A DNA stretch of 53,563 bases from a virus (Duplodnaviria > Caudoviricetes), in IMG/VR virus record IMGVR_UViG_3300032173_000008, positions 1 to 53,563 of that record. One strand, 5' to 3'. The translations under genes were made by a program, and so were the position numbers. Under the pieces are notes generated by a model. It searched no databases, was not told the origin of the DNA, and worked only from the letters and a program-made list of their open reading frames with translations. Below, piece after piece: positions 1 through 8,988 of this stretch (its first letter is position 1; the number at the start of each line of letters is the position of its first letter).

Positions 1-126
1 ACGAAGTCTCCAGCCTCTTCGCTCGAGATGATCCCGCGCAGCTTGTCCGGGAAGGCGTCACGCAGGGCGAACCCGCGGGCGCGCTGCTGCAGCATGCGCT
101 TCGGGTACTGCGACCACGGTCCTTGT
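1..126. repeat. Terminal direct repeat / circular overlap (copy 1)
   Basis: 1-126 identical to 53419-53544; the RecT-like ORF reads through the join. Confidence 0.95.
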
Positions 127-575
127 TTGCCAGCGAGACCCGCCGTCTTGGCGTCCCCCATCGAAAACGTGCGCTCGATCGGCGTTCGGCCGACGCGCTT
201 CACCATGCACGTCGCGGTCATCGTCTTTTCGTCGAGGCTCTCGACGACGTCTTCGCATCGAGGATCGGACACGACGAGCGCGAGCACCGCGTCACCCCAA
301 AGCGACGGTCGTCCGTTGATCACGGCGATGTTTTGGATAGAAGATAGCGGTGACAGCCCGAGCTCGGCGCCCATCTGAATCGCGACGAGCACGGCACCGG
401 GGTTCCCCTCGTACTGTTTGGGCACCATGCCCGAGTGCGCCATGAGCTTGGCGACCTCGATCGCCTCGGTCAGATTGCTCGGGCGCAGCACGCCACCTTG
501 GCCCATCGTCACGGGGACGAGCGAACGCTTGGGTTGGTCTTTCGCTGCCACTTCGTTTTTGTTCACCTCTGCCAT
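1..575 (-). CDS. RecT-like ssDNA annealing protein, 5' part (continues across the origin to 53178)
   Basis: Manual translation from ATG 575 (GGAG RBS): MAEVNKNEV...SGMVPKQYEGNPGAVLVAIQMGAELGLSPLSSIQNIAVINGRPSLWGD...GPWSQYPKRMLQQRARGFALRDAFPD; lies next to exonuclease; missing from ORF track because it spans the join. Confidence 0.75.
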   Translation of the reverse strand, partial: MAEVNKNEVAAKDQPKRSLVPVTMGQGGVLRPSNLTEAIEVAKLMAHSGMVPKQYEGNPGAVLVAIQMGAELGLSPLSSIQNIAVINGRPSLWGDAVLALVVSDPRCEDVVESLDEKTMTATCMVKRVGRTPIERTFSMGDAKTAGLAGKQGPWSQYPKRMLQQRARGFALRDAFPDKLRGIISSEEAGDF

Positions 576-584
576 GGTGTCTCC

Positions 585-1682
585 CTAGGCGGCCTCGGCC
601 GCGTCGATGACTGTTTTGGTTTGCTTATCGACCTGCTCGATCGCGCCGGCCTCGCGCAGGGCGCCGAGCACACGCCGCATCTCGGCCGCCGCCCCGCCCT
701 TCGCGACGCGCTCTTTGACCACTCGCTCGATGCCTGCCTTGCTCACCGACAACGCCGCAGTCAGATCGGACGACGTGAGCAACGGCAGCGCTTTGTCGGC
801 TAGGATTTGGTCTTGCGACTTCGCGACGAGCGCCAGCATCTTGCCGCCTCCGATCGGCACGGGGCCCTGCTCGAGCGCGTCGTCGAGCATCGACTCGTAG
901 CTGGCAATCGCGCGCTTGAGCATCTTCGCTCGGTCGTACAGAGAGCCGAGCACCTCGCGCGTCAATGCCTGCGGCTCTCCGCCGGCCGGGACCAGCGCGA
1001 CAACGGACGCGCGCAGATACTCGTCACGAGCCACGCACGCATTGCGCCGCGGGCAGAAGTTGCAGTGACCGCCAGCGGCGTACTGTTTGCCGGCTTTCGC
1101 AATCTGGCGCTTCGCACGCTCGCGGAATCCGTCGAGCTCGGCCTCGGTCAGGTTGCGGGTGTTGGTCTCGCGGTGCTGTAGGTGCACCTCGATCGCGGTG
1201 ATGACTCCGCTCGTCGGCATGCCGAATTCTGAGCGCGCGGCGTCGGCGTACGCCATGAGCTGGTGATCGTGCTCGGCGTGTCCCCATCCCGTCTTCCAGT
1301 CGAGGATTGCGATAGACTTCGAGCCGGTGGTGTGCGATTGGTTGTCCGGGATGACCGACAGCACGTCGGCCGTACCGACCGTCACCAGGCCTTCAATCCT
1401 GACCTCGGCCTTCGGGCTCGGAAACCACTTACCCAATTCGCGCCACGCCTGCTTGCCGTACACGACTGCGCGTGAGATCTCATCGGCGTCGACCTGGTGG
1501 CGCTCGGCGATCTGGTCGATCGGTGGCTCTTCACCGCGGACGATGCATGCAAGTGCTTCGTGCTTCGCGGTACCGGCGCGGGCCTCGTCGGTGTTTTCGT
1601 TGTACGGAGTTGCGATCTCGAGCAGCGAGCCTGCGCACTCCATCGCGCAGTCGGCTCGGCTGCCTCTAATTTTCGTCAACAT
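585..1682 (-). CDS. PD-(D/E)XK exonuclease (RecE/Cas4-like)
   Basis: GTAKH, GTADV, ILDWKTG, QLMAYA and HCNFCPRRNAC motifs; likely start MLTKIRGS. Confidence 0.8.
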   Translation of the reverse strand: MLTKIRGSRADCAMECAGSLLEIATPYNENTDEARAGTAKHEALACIVRGEEPPIDQIAERHQVDADEISRAVVYGKQAWRELGKWFPSPKAEVRIEGLVTVGTADVLSVIPDNQSHTTGSKSIAILDWKTGWGHAEHDHQLMAYADAARSEFGMPTSGVITAIEVHLQHRETNTRNLTEAELDGFRERAKRQIAKAGKQYAAGGHCNFCPRRNACVARDEYLRASVVALVPAGGEPQALTREVLGSLYDRAKMLKRAIASYESMLDDALEQGPVPIGGGKMLALVAKSQDQILADKALPLLTSSDLTAALSVSKAGIERVVKERVAKGGAAAEMRRVLGALREAGAIEQVDKQTKTVIDAAEAA

Positions 1683-2028
1683 CGTCGTCCTCGTCTCTGG
1701 CTGATTTGCCCTGGTAGTCGAACGCGTGGTCGTCTTCGCTCCAGGGGTTGGCCGGGCCGGAGGTTTTGCGCGCCTCCGACCCGGCACTGGCCTGGTTGCC
1801 GTCGACCGGACGGCGCGGTGCCGGCGATGTGCCGGGCGATTTTGATGTCTTCTCGGAGATGGCGCGGGCGATGAGATCGAGCTTGCGATGCGCGACCGGA
1901 GTGTAGAGATAGATGCTCCCGGGACGCGGGTTTCTGTTCGATGCGTTCGAGCGAATCTCGTTGCCTCGCGACAACAGTTGCGCCACGGACAACTGGCGCA
2001 GGGATTCCATTTCGTCGGCGAAGCTCAT
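1666..2028 (-). CDS. Hypothetical protein
   Basis: MSFADEMESL..., coupled to neighbours. Confidence 0.55.
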   Translation of the reverse strand: MSFADEMESLRQLSVAQLLSRGNEIRSNASNRNPRPGSIYLYTPVAHRKLDLIARAISEKTSKSPGTSPAPRRPVDGNQASAGSEARKTSGPANPWSEDDHAFDYQGKSARDEDDDVDEN

Positions 2029-2225
2029 GGCGCCACCGCCATCCAGAGCGCCGCGGTCGCTACCACGACGGCCGCGAGCAACAGAGCCACGCGCACCACC
2101 TCGCCACGGGCGCACGACCGGCGCATGCTCACGACCTCGGGCAATGGATCCGGCGCGTCGGTGAGCGAGTCGACGTAGTCGGCTAGGGCCACGTCCTCGG
2201 GGCGGATGCGCGCGAGCGGGGTCAC
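2025..2225 (-). CDS. Small hypothetical protein with C-terminal hydrophobic helix
   Basis: VVRVALLLAAVVVATAALWMAV; overlapping start/stop with neighbours. Confidence 0.55.
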   Translation of the reverse strand: MTPLARIRPEDVALADYVDSLTDAPDPLPEVVSMRRSCARGEVVRVALLLAAVVVATAALWMAVAP

Positions 2226-2569
2226 AGCACCACCCCCGCGGCCGCGCTGAGAGTTGCATCAAGCTCGATGGAGTTGACCGGCTTGGCGAGGACCGCGACT
2301 CCGGCGGGCGCGCGGTCAGGTGAGCCAGTGAACACCACGACCGGCGTGCCCGCATCATGGCAAGCCGAGAGCGTCTCCGGCCCGAGCGGCTGCCAGTCAG
2401 TCAGCACCACGTCATAGCGGTTCGCGTCGGCGATGGACGGGGCGTCTACGGTGGTATCTACGTCCCACCCGGCGGCCTTGAGAACTCGAGACGTGGCGCG
2501 CAGTGACAGTGGGTCGTCGTCGACGATGAGCACGCGGGGGCGGCGGGCGAGCGCGGTTGCACTACACAT
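2222..2569 (-). CDS. Stand-alone response regulator receiver (CheY-like) domain
   Basis: RVLIVDDD, YDVVLTD (phospho-acceptor), VVVFTG and LAKP motifs in correct order; no output domain. Confidence 0.85.
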   Translation of the reverse strand: MCSATALARRPRVLIVDDDPLSLRATSRVLKAAGWDVDTTVDAPSIADANRYDVVLTDWQPLGPETLSACHDAGTPVVVFTGSPDRAPAGVAVLAKPVNSIELDATLSAAAGVVL

Positions 2570-2849
2570 TGAGCACGCCCTCCTCGTTGAAGCCTCGAGC
2601 ACCGAGTTGCGCGCGCATGATGTCGCGAGTCTCAGGGCTGCCATCCCAGAACGATGCAATCCCCGTCGATTGGAGCCAGCCGATCGCGTGCTCAACCTCG
2701 AAGGCCTTGCACGCCGCTACGACCCAAGCAGGTCCGTGCTCGGCAACTACCTCCACGAGACGGTTGAGGGCGTCTGTCTCGGAGTCGAGGTCCAGACGCG
2801 CGACTTCGGCGGTCTCTTCCGGGAGCGAGAACGGGTCGATGCGTGTCAT
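2562..2849 (-). CDS. Hypothetical protein
   Basis: MTRIDPFSLPEE..., in leftward operon. Confidence 0.55.
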   Translation of the reverse strand: MTRIDPFSLPEETAEVARLDLDSETDALNRLVEVVAEHGPAWVVAACKAFEVEHAIGWLQSTGIASFWDGSPETRDIMRAQLGARGFNEEGVLNV

Positions 2850-2851
2850 GG

Positions 2852-3298
2852 TCAGACCCCCTTCGCGGTGCAACCGATTGAGCGGAAGGTTTCGGCAAGC
2901 CCGTCGAGAGCGGCCGCGACGTCGTTGCACTCTGTCAGGCTGCGGGCCTCCATCGCCCGGGTAGCGGCGGCCATGATCGCGTAGATGGACTGGCGCAGGA
3001 TGCGCGCGTCCTCACTGGACCCGGATAACGCCACCTGCGTCGGGTCTACCGCTAGCACCTGGCTGGTCAGTGCCTTAACCGCGGCCGACGTTGTGGCGAG
3101 CTTGCGCTGGAGCGGGCTCGCGGCGAGCGCCTCACGTGCGGCGTGGAAGTGGTCGGCGGGAGTGGTCAGGGAACCGGCGGGGGGGCGACCGGCTCCCTGA
3201 CTTTTCTCGCCGCGGAGGCAAGCCGACGGCGATTCACTGCGACCGCCCTCGGGTTGGGTTTTCGTTGCGACTCGGGCGAATGCGTTTTGCGCTGTCAT
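2852..3298 (-). CDS. Hypothetical protein, first gene after PL
   Basis: ATG preceded by AGGAGG, just downstream of the promoter. Confidence 0.6.
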   Translation of the reverse strand: MTAQNAFARVATKTQPEGGRSESPSACLRGEKSQGAGRPPAGSLTTPADHFHAAREALAASPLQRKLATTSAAVKALTSQVLAVDPTQVALSGSSEDARILRQSIYAIMAAATRAMEARSLTECNDVAAALDGLAETFRSIGCTAKGV

Positions 3299-3339
3299 CA
3301 GGCTTGCCTCCTGATGCTCGGGGTGAGCACCTACTAAGG

Positions 3340-3392
3340 ATACTACACCGGACTGGTGTACACGTCAACAATAAAACACCAGAAAGGTGTTT
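3340..3392 (-). promoter_or_regulatory. Leftward early promoter (PL-like) with two operators
   Basis: Minus strand TTGACG-N17-TAGTAT; palindromes TACACC-GGACT-GGTGTA (3344-3360, between -35 and -10) and AAACACC-AGAAA-GGTGTTT (3374-3392). Confidence 0.85.
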
Positions 3393-3438
3393 GCGCGATC
3401 GCCGTGGATCGTGTCTGATTGCCGACGAAAGGGGCCTC

Positions 3439-3963
3439 ATGCCAACCAAAGACGAAATTTCTGCTCAGATTCGATCGATCGGCTATGTCGGAACCGTTTG
3501 GACGCGGAAGGAAATCAAGTCTCTTCCGGCTCTGCTCACGCCGGACGAGACCGTACTAGGCCTCGCGTCGGGGTGGCACGCGAACGCCACGTGGGTGGTG
3601 GTCTGCACGAATAAACGGGTTATCTTCCTCGACAAAGGTCTTCTCTACGGATTGCGACAAAAAGATGTTCCGTTGGACAAGATCAACTCGATCACGCAAG
3701 AGACCGGAATGATCTGGGGCACGGTCGGGATCTGGGACGGCGCGTCGAAGATGTCCATTGAACGGATGGACAAGCGCACCGTAGCTCCGTTCACGGCCGC
3801 TGTTCGTTCGGCGATGGAAAGACGCAAGTCTCCAGGAGCGGCCGCCCAGCCACCTCAAAATGACGTGGTCTCCCAGCTTGAACGCTTGGCCGCCTTGCGC
3901 ACGAGCGGAGTGCTAAATGATGCCGAATTCTCGGCGCAGAAAGCGAAGCTACTGGGCGCTTAG
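3439..3963 (+). CDS. Bacterial PH domain + SHOCT domain protein
   Basis: VVVCTNKRVIFLDKG...DVPLDKINSI (bPH-like); SQLERLAALRTSGVLNDAEFSAQKAKLL (SHOCT). Confidence 0.8.
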   Translation: MPTKDEISAQIRSIGYVGTVWTRKEIKSLPALLTPDETVLGLASGWHANATWVVVCTNKRVIFLDKGLLYGLRQKDVPLDKINSITQETGMIWGTVGIWDGASKMSIERMDKRTVAPFTAAVRSAMERRKSPGAAAQPPQNDVVSQLERLAALRTSGVLNDAEFSAQKAKLLGA

Positions 3964-3970
3964 AACGGTC

Positions 3971-4561
3971 TCATGCCCTCTTCACCCACTCGATCGGGGA
4001 CGCCCACACCACGGCGGCATCATTCATGACCGGATGGTTGTGGGAAACGAGACGCATCTTCCCGTTGTGCCGCTCTAGCCGCTTGACATAGACCTGCCCG
4101 GCAGCGAGCTCAACGACGCAGTCCTTTCCGATGCAGCTCTCAACGTCCCATCCGTCGTGCTGATGGATGTAGAGGAGATCTCCATTCCGGTAGACCGGCT
4201 CCATCGAAACGCCGCGGACACGCAACGCCACTACGTCAACAGCTCCTGGCGGGGCCGGCACGCGTTCGATGCCGACCCATGGTCCTTTTTCTGGGTCTGG
4301 GTAGTACAAGTCTCCTGCTCCTGCATATCCGATTAGATCAACAGTCGCCGGAATACTCGCTTTACCCAAATCTGTCGATAGATCTGTTGCCGGACATCCA
4401 AGGGCATCCGCTATTCTGGTCAGCCAGTCGACGGTGAGTCTGCGTTCACCATTCTCCAGACGCGAGACCTGCTGCTGGGTGGTGCCGATTTTCACGGCGA
4501 GCTGATCCGCAGTCAGGCCCTTCGCTTCACGCACTTCTCGAATCTTGTTCACACCAACCAT
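3971..4561 (-). CDS. cI: CI-like repressor (XRE HTH + S24 autopeptidase)
   Basis: IREVREAKGLTADQLAVKIGTTQQQVSRLENG; AG cleavage site; VRGVSMEP (Ser) and YVKRL (Lys). Confidence 0.9.
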   Translation of the reverse strand: MVGVNKIREVREAKGLTADQLAVKIGTTQQQVSRLENGERRLTVDWLTRIADALGCPATDLSTDLGKASIPATVDLIGYAGAGDLYYPDPEKGPWVGIERVPAPPGAVDVVALRVRGVSMEPVYRNGDLLYIHQHDGWDVESCIGKDCVVELAAGQVYVKRLERHNGKMRLVSHNHPVMNDAAVVWASPIEWVKRA

Positions 4562-4587
4562 TTTGCATGCCTCACGATCGCAGTCAC

Positions 4588-4637
4588 ACACCGAAACGGT
4601 ATTTATGTTTGACCAATACACCTGTTTGGTGTATTCG
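4588..4637 (+). promoter_or_regulatory. Rightward early promoter (PR-like) with two operators
   Basis: TTGACC(4609)-N17-TATTCG; ACACC-GAAAC-GGTAT (4588-4602) and AATACACC-TGTTT-GGTGTATT (4615-4635), same consensus as at PL. Confidence 0.85.
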
Positions 4638-4643
4638 AATGTC

Positions 4644-4850
4644 ATGCAGCTCCAAACTTGGTGTGAGAAGCACGGGGTCAGAGAGGCCAAGCTGAGAAAG
4701 CTTCTGCGCGTCTCGCAGCAATCGGCATCTCGCTACCTCCTCGGTCAGCGCATCCCTCGGAAGGACGTCATGCGCCGCATCCATTCGATCACGGACGGAG
4801 AAGTCACGGCGAACGACTTTTATCCCGCACCGCGCAAACGCGTCGCCTAA
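4644..4850 (+). CDS. cro: Cro-like HTH repressor
   Basis: Divergent from cI; VSQQSASRYLLGQRIP...ITDGEVTANDFY. Confidence 0.85.
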   Translation: MQLQTWCEKHGVREAKLRKLLRVSQQSASRYLLGQRIPRKDVMRRIHSITDGEVTANDFYPAPRKRVA

Positions 4851-4865
4851 CCACGGGGGTCTCAG

Positions 4866-5324
4866 ATGGCACCTCATGCCCGAAGTATCGCCGACGAGCC
4901 CTGCGCAACCCGCGTCAATTGTGAGGACGCACGTTGCGCGCAGGGGCAGCTCCCTCTGCGCTACAACGATCGCTACCTAGCTGGCGAGGCCACCGAAAAA
5001 CTTTACGACGCCGCCAGCGCGGTCGTCTCCAACGCCACGTTGAAGCAAGCCGCGTTCGACCTAGATCAGCCGGCCAGCACTCTGTGCAAAGCGCTCAAAC
5101 GTCAGGAACGTCACTACGGCCAACTGGACTGGCTCTTCTGGCTCGTGACGCACGACGGGTCGAACTGGATCGTCAAGCTCGTCTGCAGGTGGGCCGGTGG
5201 AGAGTTTTGCCAGAGCCACCAGATGTCAGACCGCGAGCGTGCCGACGCGCTCGAGCGTGCACTCGACAAGGTGGCCGGCGAGAAGCTGGCCTCAGTCGTG
5301 CGCCAAGAGGCGGGTCTCAAATGA
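4866..5324 (+). CDS. CII-like regulatory protein
   Basis: Position after cro; LKQAAFDLDQPASTLCKAL HTH-like segment. Confidence 0.5.
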   Translation: MAPHARSIADEPCATRVNCEDARCAQGQLPLRYNDRYLAGEATEKLYDAASAVVSNATLKQAAFDLDQPASTLCKALKRQERHYGQLDWLFWLVTHDGSNWIVKLVCRWAGGEFCQSHQMSDRERADALERALDKVAGEKLASVVRQEAGLK

Positions 5325-5509
5325 CGTTCGCCGACTGGCTTGAGCGCAGCCACCTGCCGGTGGGCCTTGTCGCCGATCGTCTCAAGGTCAGCGAGTTCGC
5401 CGTGCACTCGTGGCTCCTCGGCAAGGTGCCGGCCCGCAAGAACCAGATCAGCGTCGCGATCCTCACCCGCGGCATGGTCCGATGGGAAGATCGAGGCCGG
5501 GCGCCATGA
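5321..5509 (+). CDS. Second Cro-like HTH protein
   Basis: MTFADWL...VADRLKVSEFAVHSWLLGKVP...ILTRGMV. Confidence 0.65.
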   Translation: MTFADWLERSHLPVGLVADRLKVSEFAVHSWLLGKVPARKNQISVAILTRGMVRWEDRGRAP

Positions 5510-5728
5510 GACTCGGGATGTGGCACCTGGCGACGGCGCTCGGCGCACTGCTCCTCTTGCAGACATGCGAGGAGGTTCACGCGAGGGCTGTTCTCGAACG
5601 TGAGTCCGAGACAGCGCGCACGCTCGCTCACCGATGCGAGCTGCACCTGGTCGCGGCCCGGGCGCGGGTCACTGCATTCGAAGATCTGTTCGGCGCGGTC
5701 GGCGCCAAAATCACGAGAGGGACGGACG

Positions 5729-6019
5729 ATGTGCAAACCCTACAAGCGGGATCTCCGGGCGGAGTTGGCGGAGGAGAAGACTCGGTTCAACCAGCTGCTG
5801 CGCGAGAACGTGCAGCTGGTCGCTGACGCCAAGCGGAGGTCGGAGCTGCACGCGGAGATGATCGAGTCTCGCGACGTGAAGATCGCACAGCTCGAATCGA
5901 TGCTGCGCCCGTTGCTGTCGTCGTGCGGGTGCGACGTGGGCAAGCCGTGCGGGCGCTGCCTGGCGATTCGTCACGCGATGACGAAGAAGCCGACTGGGAA
6001 GAAAGTGCAGGCGGCGTGA
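5729..6019 (+). CDS. Hypothetical coiled-coil protein with Cys cluster
   Basis: CGCDVGKPCGRC; coupled to next gene. Confidence 0.5.
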   Translation: MCKPYKRDLRAELAEEKTRFNQLLRENVQLVADAKRRSELHAEMIESRDVKIAQLESMLRPLLSSCGCDVGKPCGRCLAIRHAMTKKPTGKKVQAA

Positions 6020-6582
6020 TGGAAGACGCACGGCCAAAGATCGACCGAGCAATCGAGATTCTCGCCGAGTGCAAAACGATCCCGGAAGTGAAGAAGATCA
6101 GGGACGAATATCTGGCACTGCAAACAGCGGCAGAAGAATCAAGAAAAAGCATCGCCGTCGTAAACGGCTTCGCGGAGATTGTAATCCGCGCCGAACGCAG
6201 ACTCGGGCAGCTAATCAAGCCACTGTTGGATGAGGAAGCAAAAAGAAAATCAGAATGGATGAAAGCCGCTCGGGAGAGCTTCGCCCCGGGAAAACCGCAG
6301 TCCTGCGCCTTTTGCCGACGATTCAGATCCATCGTCCACGCCCATCACATCTGGCCGCTGGTGCAACAATTCGACGATCATCACGGCATTGATGAGCCTG
6401 ACCACCGGTCCGTATGGCTTTGCCCGAACCACCACGCCCTCATCCACGCGTTCTTCAACCGAGCCGATGACGACGCCGACAGGGGGCATCGAAGTTTTGA
6501 GGCCCTGAACGATATCGACGACGAGCACGAGCGCACGGCGTTTATACGGTGGTGCCTCAATCTCGTGGGGGTGGAGTCATGA
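6019..6582 (+). CDS. HNH endonuclease-domain protein
   Basis: CAFC...HAHH...WLCPNHH. Confidence 0.7.
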   Translation: MEDARPKIDRAIEILAECKTIPEVKKIRDEYLALQTAAEESRKSIAVVNGFAEIVIRAERRLGQLIKPLLDEEAKRKSEWMKAARESFAPGKPQSCAFCRRFRSIVHAHHIWPLVQQFDDHHGIDEPDHRSVWLCPNHHALIHAFFNRADDDADRGHRSFEALNDIDDEHERTAFIRWCLNLVGVES

Positions 6583-7658
6583 GCGAAAAACGCTTTCACG
6601 CGGCCTCCCAGATCTTCCCAATGATGGACCCAGGCGAGATCGCAAATCTCGCCGATGACATCAAAAACAACGGACTGCGCGAGCCCATCGTGCTCGATAG
6701 CCAGAAAGGGCTCATCGTCGACGGACGTAACCGATTCCTCGCGTGCCGAATAGCTGGGGTCAAGCCGCAGTACGTTGTGTGGGACGGCCGAGGATCACTC
6801 CTGTCGTACGTGGTTTCTCTAAACCTGCACCGCAGGCATCTGGATGCGAGCCAGCGGGCGATGGTGGCAGCCAAGCTCGCCACGCTGTGCGACGGTCAGC
6901 GCCAGCTCGGCAAATTTGCCGAGGTGGCGACCCAGGCAGAAGCGTCGGAAATGCTCAACGTCGGCGAACGCACCATCAGACACGCCCGCGAAGTGACTGC
7001 CCACGGCGTCCCCGAGCTCGTCGCCGCTGTCGAGCGTGGTCGCGTGAGCGTGAGCGCCGCTGCCGACCTGGCAGACGATTCTGAGGAAGAGCAGCGAAGG
7101 GTGCTCGAGCTATCCGATGACGAGGTCCTGGCGAGAGCTAAAGAAATCCGCGCAAGCCATGCGCAGGACAACGGTCGCGGCGACGAGTGGCGCACTCCGC
7201 CCGATTACATCGATCGGGCCCGCCGCGTCATGGGATCCATCGACCTCGATCCGGCGTCGACCGCGCGAGCCAACGAGATCGTCAAGGCCAAGGCGTTCTT
7301 CGACAAAGGCATCGACGGGCGCACTCGCGAGTGGCGCGGGAATGTTTGGCTCAACCCACCGTTCAGCACGCCGTTGATCGGCGAGTTCGTCAGCATGCTG
7401 GTCGACGCGACCGAAGACAAGAAGGTTCCACAGGCAACCCTGCTGACCAATAACGCTACTGAGACGGGGTGGTTTCAGCAGGCGTTACGGGCGGCCGACT
7501 TTTGTTGCTTTCCTGACCAGCGCATCGCGTTCATCGGTGCCGACGGCCGGCCGGCGCCTGGGAATCGCCAAGCGCAGGCGTTCTTTTTCTTCGGATGCGA
7601 CCTCGCCCTCGTGCAGCGCGAGTTCGGACCTGTCGGGACGTTGGTCACGACGATCTAG
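6579..7658 (+). CDS. ParB-like domain fused to phage N6-adenine DNA methyltransferase
   Basis: IVDGRNRF (ParB/Srx); DEWRTP, IDLDPAS and WLNPPF. Confidence 0.85.
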   Translation: MSEKRFHAASQIFPMMDPGEIANLADDIKNNGLREPIVLDSQKGLIVDGRNRFLACRIAGVKPQYVVWDGRGSLLSYVVSLNLHRRHLDASQRAMVAAKLATLCDGQRQLGKFAEVATQAEASEMLNVGERTIRHAREVTAHGVPELVAAVERGRVSVSAAADLADDSEEEQRRVLELSDDEVLARAKEIRASHAQDNGRGDEWRTPPDYIDRARRVMGSIDLDPASTARANEIVKAKAFFDKGIDGRTREWRGNVWLNPPFSTPLIGEFVSMLVDATEDKKVPQATLLTNNATETGWFQQALRAADFCCFPDQRIAFIGADGRPAPGNRQAQAFFFFGCDLALVQREFGPVGTLVTTI

Positions 7659-7699
7659 CGTTTACCGCCGGCATGCCGCTGGCGTAGGAGGATAGCAGA

Positions 7700-8143
7700 G
7701 TGCGAATCACCAAGACGTTTGACGCTGACGTGAAGTCCATCACACTAAAAAAAGCCAAGGACTCAGAAGAGAAGGTCGTCGTTCCGATCCTGGGCCTGAC
7801 GCTGACGTACAAGCAGCTTACCGACTTTGTTGGCCCCGAGCTCAGCAACATGGTGAGCCAGGCGTCCACCGACAACGACGGCAAGGTGCCATTCGCGCAG
7901 ATCAAGCCAGCCATCGTCTACGAATCCCACCAAGTGAAGTTTGGCGACCGCAAGCAGATCTCAACCTTCCCTGTCGCCAAGAAGATCGTTCCGCTCGGCA
8001 GCGGAGTCCGGCTCGAGCTGGCTCTACCGTTCACGTTTTGCAAACAGCACTTCGACGCCCTGGTGGCGAATTTCCCGGGCGCTATCGACGTGGAGCTCGA
8101 GCCGAGTCAGCAAGAGTTGCCACTTGCTGGTGACAAGTCGTGA
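7700..8143 (+). CDS. Hypothetical protein
   Basis: AGGAGG RBS and GTG start. Confidence 0.6.
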   Translation: MRITKTFDADVKSITLKKAKDSEEKVVVPILGLTLTYKQLTDFVGPELSNMVSQASTDNDGKVPFAQIKPAIVYESHQVKFGDRKQISTFPVAKKIVPLGSGVRLELALPFTFCKQHFDALVANFPGAIDVELEPSQQELPLAGDKS

Positions 8144-8676
8144 TCGTGGTGGGAATCGATCCTGGCATCACCGGCGGCATCGCCGCGGTGGGAGACGACT
8201 CGACCGCGGCCGTGATCGACATCCCTACCGTAGATGTCAAGGTCAACGGCAAATGCCGTCGGCGGGTCGACGTTGAGGCCCTAGCCTTGGAGATGCGCCG
8301 CCCGCCGGTATGTGACGCCAAGCTCGTGATCATCGAGCGGGCCCAAGCATCCACTCGCATGGGGGTATCGAGCGCGTTCGCTTACGGCGAGATATTCGGT
8401 CTCATCCGCGGAGTGGTGGCGGCCAACAAGATACCGATTCGGTTGGCGGGGGCGTCGCAGTGGAAGCGCGACCTCGGCCTCATCAAGCCTGGCTGCCGCG
8501 AGATTGGTCGCGATGACGAGCGCGAAAAAGGCTCGTCGCTCGATCTGGCTCGCAAGCTATTCCCCCGGCTCGCGGACAAGTTGGCGCGCGCTAAAGACGA
8601 CGGGAGGGCGGATGCGTTGCTGCTGGCCCATTGGGGACACGAGCAAATCGAATCGTCAAACACTGAGAGGTACTGA
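8140..8676 (+). CDS. RuvC-like Holliday junction resolvase
   Basis: VGIDPGITG, IIERAQ, SAFAYG and DDGRADALL. Confidence 0.85.
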   Translation: MIVVGIDPGITGGIAAVGDDSTAAVIDIPTVDVKVNGKCRRRVDVEALALEMRRPPVCDAKLVIIERAQASTRMGVSSAFAYGEIFGLIRGVVAANKIPIRLAGASQWKRDLGLIKPGCREIGRDDEREKGSSLDLARKLFPRLADKLARAKDDGRADALLLAHWGHEQIESSNTERY

Positions 8677-8677
8677 G

Positions 8678-8956
8678 ATGGCGGACCAAGCAAAATACGA
8701 GTTCAAAAATCTGTGCGGCGTCTGGCTGAGTAAACCTCGCAAAGGGAAGGCCCGCTACATGTCGGGCACGCTCACCCGCGAGATGATCGCCGAGATCCTA
8801 TCGTGTTCGAATGAGGGCGATGGGGGCGTGCGACTCTTCATCCACAAGAACAACAAGCGGCCCGACAAGAAGGACCCCGACTACCGAATCAGTTGCGCGA
8901 AGTGCAGGCCGAAGGATGCGGCCCCCCCCCCGATCGATAACGGCGAGCCGTTCTGA
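8678..8956 (+). CDS. Small putative ssDNA-binding protein
   Basis: GVW...YMSG...KNNKRPDKKDPDYRI; SSB-like tail DNGEPF. Confidence 0.45.
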   Translation: MADQAKYEFKNLCGVWLSKPRKGKARYMSGTLTREMIAEILSCSNEGDGGVRLFIHKNNKRPDKKDPDYRISCAKCRPKDAAPPPIDNGEPF

Positions 8957-8988
8957 CCGGTTACAATTGGCGGTGGAGGTGACGATCG

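Noticed and set aside
850-859. Internal target for the omegaRNA guide (TGCCGATCGG on the minus strand)
   Set aside because: Only a 10-nt match with no TAM-like motif upstream; compatible with chance.
585-1682. Cas4 of a CRISPR system
   Set aside because: No array or other cas genes; context is a recombination module.
8922-8931. C10 tract (and G8 at 20554-20561) as phase-variation sites
   Set aside because: Both are in frame within intact ORFs; no disruption.
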